Below are positions 27,718-35,100 of a stretch of 52,574 bases of DNA, piece by piece. The DNA is from a virus. Taxonomy: Duplodnaviria; Caudoviricetes. The translations under genes were made by a program, and so were the position numbers. The stretch's first letter is position 1, and the number at the start of each line of letters is the position of its first letter. The stretch covers positions 1-52,574 of the IMG/VR virus record IMGVR_UViG_3300043446_003894; one strand, given 5' to 3'. The notes under the pieces are model-generated. The model did no database searches. It was not told where the DNA came from and worked only from the letters and a program-made list of their open reading frames with translations.

Positions 27718-27735
27718 GGTGCTTTCCTTTCGCTG

Positions 27736-28080
27736 TTATAACTCTTCTATCTTCACTTTTAACATTCCGGCAATGTCTGCCGCCCAGAAAATTCTCAGAT
27801 CTGCGATCTGCGAATCGTCTTCCCATACGCCTGCATGAGTCAGCGAATCCAGCGCTGCCTTCAGCAGGTTGTCTAAGTCACGCTTTCGATTGTCTGGCCG
27901 CCACGCTTCAATGCAAACTCGCAGCTTTCCTTCGTAATGCTTTGCCCCCTTCTGCATCCACACATGTTCGCCTACGCTTTTGCGATACGAGCGTCCTTCT
28001 GCGCTGATCAACATGCGGCCTTGAAAGGTCCTCCAGTATCGGTTCATGCTTGGCGGCCAAGGCAGAGTCAATTCAATCAT
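27736..28080 (-). CDS. rusA: RusA-family Holliday junction resolvase
   Basis: LPWPPSMNRYWR, PDNRKRDLDNLLKAALDSLTHAGVWEDDSQI. Confidence 0.92.
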   Translation of the reverse strand: MIELTLPWPPSMNRYWRTFQGRMLISAEGRSYRKSVGEHVWMQKGAKHYEGKLRVCIEAWRPDNRKRDLDNLLKAALDSLTHAGVWEDDSQIADLRIFWAADIAGMLKVKIEEL

Positions 28081-28325
28081 CGCCAATCCCCGTATTCGCC
28101 GCGGTTGCCTTTGGCCCATTGATCGCGAACATCACGATCCAATTTCGAGTGCGGGTGCTTTTTGTTCCACCCATCAATGAACCGTTGCTTTTCATCAAAG
28201 TGACCGTTTAAAAATTTATGCGCAGCGTCCCTGTCTTTGGTGCGCAGCTTGATCACCCAGCGGACCAAACACTGATGACGAAAAAGATCTTCACCGCGCC
28301 CTTCTTCAATTCCCCTAAAACTCAA
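28077..28325 (-). CDS. Conserved hypothetical protein
   Basis: RHQCLVRWVI...DQWAKGNRG. Confidence 0.6.
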   Translation of the reverse strand: MSFRGIEEGRGEDLFRHQCLVRWVIKLRTKDRDAAHKFLNGHFDEKQRFIDGWNKKHPHSKLDRDVRDQWAKGNRGEYGDWR

Positions 28326-29329
28326 AACCGCCCCGCGTTGTCAAACGACATGCTCAAGGCATCTGGGGCCTCAACGAACTGCTGACTCTCGCGGTGATAC
28401 CAAAGGTTGAACCAATCCTCCGCCTCGCCATTTCGCTGCTTCTCGCACATGAGCATTGCATCCGGATCATTCATCTCCACCGCAACGCCTGATTGCACCT
28501 TGTGTTCTTTTTTCTTGTTTCGCCACATGATCAGGACGTTGTCCACTTGGTCGGTGATTGCACCAGACCCCTTGACGTCGTTCTTGCTTGGCTGCTGCTC
28601 GTCATTGGGCAGCTTGCGAATGTGATGGATCAGATGCACATGGACACTATGGTCTCTGGCCAGCGCTGTCAACTCATCAACAAAATATTTTTGTGCGTTG
28701 TAGTCATCTTCTGCAGGCACGCATTTCATCAACGAATCAATGAACATGTGTTTCACACCTAGTTCGACCGCGCAGTAACGCGACACAGCAATCACTTGTT
28801 GCGCAGTCACTGTACCCTGTTGATCGTACAACCACATGTTGTGGCCAGCAAAATCCTGAAACCGTGCAAACAAATTTCCAAGATATTTTTCTTTGTCTAC
28901 AGCGTACATCGGATTTTCTATGTTCTCGCCGGCAAACTGTCTCAGCATGCGATACAGGGTACGCTTCGGTTTCATTTCAAACGATGCGACACAAATTTTT
29001 TGCTCTTGCTTGATCAGCCCCAGAGCAATCTGACCAGTGATCAGAGACTTGCCGCCGCCGTTCGAGCCAGCATACAGCGTGACCTCTCCCGGACGAAACT
29101 GAAAACTGCTTTGCGTCTTGGTCCAAGGCATCACCGCCTGCTCGACTTTTTGCGTCGATCCAATCTCCGCGCGCAACTCACCGAGCCAATCCTTGGCCGG
29201 GCGAACCTTTTGCGCTACGTCGTTTGCCTTGAGGTACTTGTCAAAATCCACTTCATTCGGTCGCAGCAATCGGACCTTGCGCGCCTCGTCGAGTTCTTTT
29301 GCTCGCTTCTCAATCTCAGATGTTTGCAT
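28322..29329 (-). CDS. SF4 (DnaB/T7 gp4-like) replicative helicase
   Basis: Walker A GSNGGGKS, SFEM, FIDSL, LIHHIRK, DVKGSGAITDQVDNV, KQRNG. Confidence 0.9.
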   Translation of the reverse strand: MQTSEIEKRAKELDEARKVRLLRPNEVDFDKYLKANDVAQKVRPAKDWLGELRAEIGSTQKVEQAVMPWTKTQSSFQFRPGEVTLYAGSNGGGKSLITGQIALGLIKQEQKICVASFEMKPKRTLYRMLRQFAGENIENPMYAVDKEKYLGNLFARFQDFAGHNMWLYDQQGTVTAQQVIAVSRYCAVELGVKHMFIDSLMKCVPAEDDYNAQKYFVDELTALARDHSVHVHLIHHIRKLPNDEQQPSKNDVKGSGAITDQVDNVLIMWRNKKKEHKVQSGVAVEMNDPDAMLMCEKQRNGEAEDWFNLWYHRESQQFVEAPDALSMSFDNAGRF

Positions 29330-29750
29330 ATTGCATCACCTCCTCAATTCGCTGTTGTGCCAATTTTGCCCGCTGTCTGTCTTCTTCTTTGATCGTCTTG
29401 CCTTCGCTGATGTCGTAAGCCAAAACCGACAACACCAAAGCCTCGAATGACAACACTCTCAACAAGTCGCTTGCGTAAAACGACCGCTCCAGTTTTGGCT
29501 TGCCTTCAACCGGATACTCTTTCCTCTTGCTGTCTGGCGGAAACAAGTCAGTCATGTCCAACCCGACTGCTTGAACAACAGACAGCGTATCGCAACCGCC
29601 GAAACAATGCACCAACAGACGACCGTCATCCAATTCGCGAACCGCTAGAGACGGCGATCGATCGTTGTGTGCTGGGCAACAGGCCGTCCACGATCCATTT
29701 TTGCCTTTTACTTTTTGCAATCGCGACAAAAATTTTTCTGTTTGCGTCAT
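29316..29750 (-). CDS. CHC2 zinc-finger protein (primase zinc-binding domain only)
   Basis: CCPAHNDRSPSL...VHCFGGC; no TOPRIM domain; start ATG 29750. Confidence 0.8.
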   Translation of the reverse strand: MTQTEKFLSRLQKVKGKNGSWTACCPAHNDRSPSLAVRELDDGRLLVHCFGGCDTLSVVQAVGLDMTDLFPPDSKRKEYPVEGKPKLERSFYASDLLRVLSFEALVLSVLAYDISEGKTIKEEDRQRAKLAQQRIEEVMQYANI

Positions 29751-29778
29751 TCGCTGGACTCCGCGTTGTTGCTCTCCC

Positions 29779-29958
29779 TCATCGCAGCACCTGCGCAATC
29801 CACACCACCACACCGATGATTGCTACACCGAAACCGAGCATCATCACGCCAGCGCAAACATCTTCAAACCAGCGATGCTTTTCGCCAAACGAATCACTGA
29901 GCAGGACGAACAACGCCACCGAAAATGCCACCATGAAAATTCCGGCACTGAAAATCAT
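29779..29958 (-). CDS. Small two-TM membrane protein (59 aa, not in the ORF track)
   Basis: ATGA overlap; MIFSAGIFMVAFSVALFVLL...VMMLGFGVAIIGVVVWIAQVLR. Confidence 0.55.
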   Translation of the reverse strand: MIFSAGIFMVAFSVALFVLLSDSFGEKHRWFEDVCAGVMMLGFGVAIIGVVVWIAQVLR

Positions 29959-30620
29959 ATGGCCCTCCTGACCGCCGCTTGCGGCGCCTCGTCCTCCCAG
30001 CGACGCTGGTTGATGTACGTCAGCGGCGCAGGCTCAAAACCTTCCTGCCACTGCTGGCTGACCTTCAGAGCATTGACGTTGGCGATGATCCGCTCCGCAT
30101 GCTCATCCAGACCGTGGTTGACCCACTTCGTCAGGCAGGCAACCTTGGCGACCTTGCGTTTTGACGTTGGCCATGCCGCCCAAAAGTCGTCGAAAGACGA
30201 CGATGTCTTTATATTCTTATTCTTATTCTGTATCTTCTTAGGGTTTATGTTCGGTTTTGGTTCGGTAACCGATTCGCTTTGACCTTGCGTAACGTCTTGT
30301 TTCTGCGCGTTTTTTGGTCGGCCGCCACGCTTTCCCAGTTCTCTGTTTGTGGCAACTTGCGATTGATATTTTGCGATTTCAGCATCACAACGTATGTTGT
30401 GGAACCCTGTTTCGCGCTCTTCAAAAAATTCCTTCAAAACCGATTCGGTTAACTCAGCATCCAGCCTGATTTTGCGAGAAACCGATTCGATATCGAGTGG
30501 CAACGGCTTCTCGCTCATGTAGTACAGATCGAGCAGCCGACGGTAGGTCAGGTCCTCCGCGTCTGACAGATGCGTGGTGTGCGTGATGTAGTCACCCAGA
30601 TGGAACTTGTACCAGATCAT
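29955..30620 (-). CDS. DUF1376/YdaU-family putative replication initiator
   Basis: WYKFHLGDY...HLS..E...YRRLLDLYY..EKPLP; GKRGGRP; FDDFWAAWP...PLTYINQRRWED. Start ATG 30620 (ATGA overlap). Confidence 0.85.
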   Translation of the reverse strand: MIWYKFHLGDYITHTTHLSDAEDLTYRRLLDLYYMSEKPLPLDIESVSRKIRLDAELTESVLKEFFEERETGFHNIRCDAEIAKYQSQVATNRELGKRGGRPKNAQKQDVTQGQSESVTEPKPNINPKKIQNKNKNIKTSSSFDDFWAAWPTSKRKVAKVACLTKWVNHGLDEHAERIIANVNALKVSQQWQEGFEPAPLTYINQRRWEDEAPQAAVRRAI

Positions 30621-30826
30621 TTGACCTCTCCAAACAGGTCTGGGCGCAACTCTTCCCTGCGCACTCGACCACGTGTGTATTGATGGATCGCGACGGCCAA
30701 GGCGGCGCTTGGAACCTCTCTGCCAGAGATCAGCAGGCTCAACCATGTTTTGCTGATGCCGATGCTTTTTGCCATTGCAATCTTCGATCCCCGCGGCTTG
30801 GCTGCAAAGTATTCTGTCAGTGTCAT
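30617..30826 (-). CDS. Cro/YdaS-like HTH regulator
   Basis: KIAMAKSIGISKTWLSLLISG...T.GRV.REELRPDLFG. Confidence 0.85.
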   Translation of the reverse strand: MTLTEYFAAKPRGSKIAMAKSIGISKTWLSLLISGREVPSAALAVAIHQYTRGRVRREELRPDLFGEVK

Positions 30827-30858
30827 AGCATCCCTTTGTGTGGTTAAAATTTAAGTGC

Positions 30859-30922
30859 AGCATATACCAAAAATTTTGCCTGCACAACCCCCCTTGTATT
30901 TTTTTATTAAACCTGCTACATT
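30859..30922. promoter_or_regulatory. Back-to-back divergent sigma70 promoters
   Basis: Minus: TTGTGC(30887-30882)-N17-TATGCT(30864-30859). Plus: TTGTAT(30894-30899)-N17-TACATT(30917-30922) with a TG extension. AT-rich strand-switch region. Confidence 0.6.
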
Positions 30923-30958
30923 TCGCTTGCTTCACCTTACCTTTACGAAAGCGAGCCT

Positions 30959-31129
30959 ATGGACGACAGCGAAGACATGATGCATCAGATGATGCTCGAG
31001 CGGATGCAGATGCTTGATGAGGCGTTAGAACGCGCTGAGGCAGGCGTTGCCACCCCAGAAGACTGGGTGACAATCCGATACGAGTGCAATATGCCAAAAC
31101 GAAAAATTACCAACAGGAGCGAATTATGA
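30959..31129 (+). CDS. Hypothetical protein (56 aa, not in the ORF track)
   Basis: MDDSEDMMHQMMLERMQMLDEALERAE...RSEL*; ATGA overlap with the next gene. Confidence 0.6.
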   Translation: MDDSEDMMHQMMLERMQMLDEALERAEAGVATPEDWVTIRYECNMPKRKITNRSEL

Positions 31130-31761
31130 GTCTAGTAGCGAAAGCCAGCGCAGAAGGCGGTTTTACCCCGATCCCACCCGGGATGCACCTTGCTCGGTGC
31201 TATCGAGTGATTGACATGGGGACCCAAAAATCGGAGTACCTTGGCCAGATCAAGCACCTGCCCAAAGTCATGCTGCAATTTGAGGTTCACGGAGAAGACG
31301 ACGCCGGCAACCCGCTGGTGACGGCCAAGAACGAGCCCATGACCATCTCGAAAAACTACACGTTGTCGCTGTCCGAAAAGGCCACGCTTCGGCGCGACCT
31401 GTCTACATGGCGCGGGCGCGACTTTACCCCGGAAGAGCAGCGCGGGTTTGAACTGAAAAATTTGCTCGGCGTCTGGGCAATGATTTCGGTCACAAAAAGC
31501 ACTGGAAACAACGGCAAGGAATACACCAACATTGCCGCGGTGATGCCTGTTCCTGCGAAGGTCAAGCAGGCCGGCCTTCCAGAGGGACACAACAAGCCCG
31601 TCTTGTTTTCAATTCTTAACGCGGACATGACGGTGTTTGATGGCTTCAGCGAATACCTGAAAACAAAAATCATGTCATCGCCTGAATGGCAATCCCGCGG
31701 CTCTGCAAAAAAAGCAGATGAAGGCGCATTCGATTCAATGACTGATGACATTCCGTTTTGA
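31126..31761 (+). CDS. Putative single-stranded DNA-binding protein (OB fold)
   Basis: Acidic DDIPF C-terminal tip; GMHLARCYRVIDMGTQ; AGGAG RBS before ATG 31126. Confidence 0.65.
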   Translation: MSLVAKASAEGGFTPIPPGMHLARCYRVIDMGTQKSEYLGQIKHLPKVMLQFEVHGEDDAGNPLVTAKNEPMTISKNYTLSLSEKATLRRDLSTWRGRDFTPEEQRGFELKNLLGVWAMISVTKSTGNNGKEYTNIAAVMPVPAKVKQAGLPEGHNKPVLFSILNADMTVFDGFSEYLKTKIMSSPEWQSRGSAKKADEGAFDSMTDDIPF

Positions 31762-31765
31762 TCTT

Positions 31766-31834
31766 TGGGGGAAAGCGGATGCTGAAGAAGTTAGCGTTGC
31801 GACTACGCGGCGGCTCAGTGCAGCGAGTACCCCA
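31766..31834 (+). ncRNA. Candidate structured RNA: long hairpin with a loop-E/sarcin-ricin-type motif
   Basis: UGGGG/CCCCA stem closing GAA opposite AGUA; inner stems UGC/GCA or CUGA/UCAG, and GCGU/ACGC; U-run downstream. Confidence 0.45.
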
Positions 31835-31852
31835 CCTTTTTTGGAACAACGC

Positions 31853-32623
31853 ATGACACTGATCGTTTCGACTCCACGGGCAAGTGAAAGCAATCATTGG
31901 TACACCAGAGACGGCGTGCCCCAGTACACGGTTGAGGCGGCCAAGGGCGGACAACGCCCCACAACCCTGCGGGACGCGCGCAAAATGAATCTGGTCCCTT
32001 CGGTGACCACAATCCTCAACATTGCAGCCAAGCCGGCGCTCATGGCGTGGATGCAGCAACAGGTGTTGCTGGCTGCTTTAACGCTTCCACGTCGCCCCGA
32101 CGAACCTGAAAAGGAATACATCGACAGAATCATTTCAGATTCCAAAGAGCAGGGTCGTTCGGCGGCTGACGCTGGAACAGACATCCACGCGTCAATACAG
32201 GCGTACTACGAAGGCAAGCCGACCGGCAAGCATGCAGAGCATGTGGATGGTACACAGGCGTGCATAGAGAGCCATTTCGGCGTTCATCAATGGATATCCG
32301 AGCGGTCGTTTGGGCACGAACTAGGGTTTGGCGGCAAGGCAGACATGTACACCGCTGAAGGTGACGGCATCGTGCTGGACGTGAAGACAAAGGAATTCAC
32401 TGACCCAGACAAGGTCGGGGCGTATGACGAACACCTGATGCAGTTGGCGGCTTACCGCGTCGGTCTTGGTGTGCCCAAAGCCCGCTGCGCCAACGTGTTT
32501 GTCAGTCGCAACGATCCCGGGCTTGCTGTGGTGCGCGAATGGTCGCAGGATGATTTACGCAGAGGCTGGGAGATGTTTTGCTGCCTGCTATCCTTTTGGC
32601 AACTTAAGAATCAGCACAAATAA
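31853..32623 (+). CDS. PD-(D/E)XK exonuclease (RecB/Cas4-like phage recombination nuclease)
   Basis: PSVTTIL, GTDIH, GFGGKADM, LDVKT, MQLAAY; start reassigned to ATG 31853. Confidence 0.85.
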   Translation: MTLIVSTPRASESNHWYTRDGVPQYTVEAAKGGQRPTTLRDARKMNLVPSVTTILNIAAKPALMAWMQQQVLLAALTLPRRPDEPEKEYIDRIISDSKEQGRSAADAGTDIHASIQAYYEGKPTGKHAEHVDGTQACIESHFGVHQWISERSFGHELGFGGKADMYTAEGDGIVLDVKTKEFTDPDKVGAYDEHLMQLAAYRVGLGVPKARCANVFVSRNDPGLAVVREWSQDDLRRGWEMFCCLLSFWQLKNQHK

Positions 32624-32625
32624 CC

Positions 32626-32847
32626 ATGAAACAAATTTCCGCTTTTCAAACCAGTGATGGCGAGGTGTTTGTCAACCAAGAGTTGGCACGCACCCATGAG
32701 GAACTCATCTCCAAAGGCAGCTTGATTGATGAATACCTCGGCAGCAACAAAAATCTATACAACAATCGACCACAAAGGATGATTGCCAAAAACTCCATCA
32801 TCGCTTGGGAAATCTGGAAGAGAGAAAATGGAAAATCTTTTGACTGA
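32626..32847 (+). CDS. Hypothetical protein
   Basis: AFQTSDGEVF...A..HE motif. Confidence 0.6.
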   Translation: MKQISAFQTSDGEVFVNQELARTHEELISKGSLIDEYLGSNKNLYNNRPQRMIAKNSIIAWEIWKRENGKSFD

Positions 32848-33058
32848 AGATCAGGTCAAACAACTGTTTTTTTACAGCGACCGGAAACGACCAGACGCCT
32901 TGTTGGCTGACGAGGTGGACATTGTTCAGTTTGCTCATGTGATTGAACAATTTGTTGCGCGCAAGTACGCTAGACTGGAACGCGACAATTGCGTGAAGGT
33001 CGTGCGTAGCTTAAATCCTGTTGTTGCAGACGCATTGGAGCGCGCCAGACAAATCTAG
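32828..33058 (+). CDS. Hypothetical protein
   Basis: Start ATG 32828 (MENLLTEDQ). Confidence 0.55.
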   Translation: MENLLTEDQVKQLFFYSDRKRPDALLADEVDIVQFAHVIEQFVARKYARLERDNCVKVVRSLNPVVADALERARQI

Positions 33059-33067
33059 GGGAAAACC

Positions 33068-33301
33068 ATGGTGCTGGACAGCTTATTTTTGCCAGATGAA
33101 AACAACCGACTGAACTTGGACATGCAGTTGATCAAAAAACTAGCCCTTTCCTACGACAAAGGGCTGACAACTGACACCATGTTGATTGCAAAAATAATTG
33201 TTTCTGCTTATGAAGCCGGTCTCGAAGATGGCCGGGAAGAGGCAGAAACCAGCCACATGCATACCCAGATGCTGCTGCTCTGCACCGCGGGCAACGCATA
33301 A
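33068..33301 (+). CDS. Hypothetical protein
   Basis: Last gene of the plus-strand operon. Confidence 0.55.
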   Translation: MVLDSLFLPDENNRLNLDMQLIKKLALSYDKGLTTDTMLIAKIIVSAYEAGLEDGREEAETSHMHTQMLLLCTAGNA

Positions 33302-33327
33302 AAAATCCCCCGGTGGGAGCCGGGGGA
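33300..33327 (-). terminator. Rho-independent terminator at the convergence point
   Basis: Minus strand TCCCCCGG-CTCCCA-CCGGGGGA then TTTTTT. Confidence 0.75.
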
Positions 33328-33365
33328 GAAGGAGGAGGCACTACGAAGAAGTCTGCACTATACCA

Positions 33366-35099
33366 TTACCGCGGCTGATAGCCTTCCATCACCGACTCCC
33401 GCCACGGCCCCCGCTTGAGCAGGTAATCGTGGGCAATACTGACCGGGATCATCCCCAGCCCGCCAACGATGCCTGCGCCCTTCACAGCGGCCCCTAGAGG
33501 CCCTGCAGGCGGAACCATAGACATACCCCCAAGGGCGGCCGCCAAAGTGGCTAAAACAGCCCCTGACATGTCTCCCTGCTGGTATCTTTCCACGGCATCT
33601 GCCACAGACAGTCCGGTTCCAGCGCCGGCCAGAAGGTTGGTCGCCACCGGCAAAGCGCCCCGCCGGGTTGCGTGGCCAATCTTCTCCAATGTCCCGGGCT
33701 GCGCCGTCGTCGCACGCTCTTGAGCCGCTCGAGCAAGATTGAGAGTGCGCTCGCCCTTGGTCAATTCCGAGAGTTGCTTGCGCATCAAATCTTCTGCGGC
33801 CTTTTGTTGTGCTAGGCGCTCTGCAGCAGATCTAGCCTCAGAGGCAGCCAACGACCTTGATCGATCAAGGCTTTCCTGCTGAATTCTGCGTTCAATAGCT
33901 TGTTGCTCAATTTGTTGTTGTCTTTGCTCGGAAATTTTTTTAAGTTCCGCCTCCATTGCAACATTTTTTTCTGCTGCAACTTCTGGAGGAAGCATAAATT
34001 GAGATGTTCCCTTACCAGTTAATTCATAATTGCCGGCGCCAAGACTTTTAATTTTTTCTTTTGCCAAAATGTCTTTATCAATGAGCGCCTGACCTCCAGT
34101 GGGATCGGCCTTTCTCATGGATTCGGCCTGTTCCGCAATTATGTCCGGAATGTCTTTCGCCATTTTTCTGGTCCAGTTTGCCGAACCAGATGAGCCGGGC
34201 ACACGACGAGACGAAATTTCTTCAGCCGTTTCTGCGGCAACCTGCGCGGCCGGCTCCTGTATTCTTTTCGGAATATCCCGATGAGCCTGCCTTGCCGCAT
34301 CCAATTCTTGCCGTGCCCGGCTGACTGCTTCACTACGCATGCGCAATTCTTGCTCAAGATCTTGCGCTGATACACCGCTCATTCCGGTGCTTCGTTCTGC
34401 CGCAGCCCGCAATTGCGACAATGCATCCTCAGCCGCAGCAACGCGCTCTTGCGCTGCCTCAATTCTAGGAACAGCAGGTGGCCGCGACGACATGATGCCG
34501 CGCTCCAGCATGCCTTTGGCCGCGCCAGCGCCGCCACCAATCAATGCGGCATCAACCACATCCTCAGACATGCCTTGCTCTTCAGGCGTCTCGGCCTTTC
34601 GAGAAGTTTCTTTTCTAATTTGCTCTGCAACCGGAACACGATCGGCAAAAATATTTTTTTGTGCCTCACCTGCAGGCGCATACCGAGACGTCACATCAAA
34701 AGCGCCGGCAAGCGACTTTGCATAATTCGGATCTTCTGCATAACCACCAGACTGGCCCGGACGAAGCCCAGTTAAAAATTGATCCAAGCTGGCGCCAGCG
34801 TTCAATGCCTCCGGGAAGCGACGTTTGATCAGGTGCGCATAATAATCACCAAACGCTTCTGGGCTTTCAAAATTTACATACTTGCTTTTTGTCCTTGTTT
34901 GACTGTCTACAGCCTCCGTGCCCGCACCAGAAAAATCTTTGATGTTGCCAAGATTGAATTGGCCCGGCATTTTGCGACCGTAGTCACTCTCGAGCCCCCA
35001 CTGAGCAAGCAGAATTGACGGCGCGATGCCGGTCTTTTTTCCTACCTGTTCAGCAATCGGCAGATACTCATCAACAAAAACTTTGACGTGATCAGCCAT
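33366..35099 (-). CDS. Ejection-type virion protein with N-terminal GH73 (FlgJ-like) glucosaminidase
   Basis: ILLAQWGLESDYG, FNLGNIK, GGYAEDPNY; coiled coil; Gly-rich hydrophobic C-terminus. Confidence 0.8.
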   Translation of the reverse strand: MADHVKVFVDEYLPIAEQVGKKTGIAPSILLAQWGLESDYGRKMPGQFNLGNIKDFSGAGTEAVDSQTRTKSKYVNFESPEAFGDYYAHLIKRRFPEALNAGASLDQFLTGLRPGQSGGYAEDPNYAKSLAGAFDVTSRYAPAGEAQKNIFADRVPVAEQIRKETSRKAETPEEQGMSEDVVDAALIGGGAGAAKGMLERGIMSSRPPAVPRIEAAQERVAAAEDALSQLRAAAERSTGMSGVSAQDLEQELRMRSEAVSRARQELDAARQAHRDIPKRIQEPAAQVAAETAEEISSRRVPGSSGSANWTRKMAKDIPDIIAEQAESMRKADPTGGQALIDKDILAKEKIKSLGAGNYELTGKGTSQFMLPPEVAAEKNVAMEAELKKISEQRQQQIEQQAIERRIQQESLDRSRSLAASEARSAAERLAQQKAAEDLMRKQLSELTKGERTLNLARAAQERATTAQPGTLEKIGHATRRGALPVATNLLAGAGTGLSVADAVERYQQGDMSGAVLATLAAALGGMSMVPPAGPLGAAVKGAGIVGGLGMIPVSIAHDYLLKRGPWRESVMEGYQPR

Positions 35100-35100
35100 C

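Noticed and set aside
30621-30935. N-terminal extension of the DUF1376 ORF given in the track (326 aa)
   Set aside because: It overlaps the cro-like gene and the promoters; the family motif starts at ATG 30620 with an ATGA overlap.
31853-32623. Cas4-like nuclease as evidence of CRISPR-Cas
   Set aside because: No repeat-spacer array or other cas genes; its place beside an SSB-like gene fits phage recombination.
33855-33870. Palindrome CCTTGATCGATCAAGG resembling a third FNR box
   Set aside because: The half-sites are 2 nt apart instead of 4, and it lies inside a coding region with no promoter.
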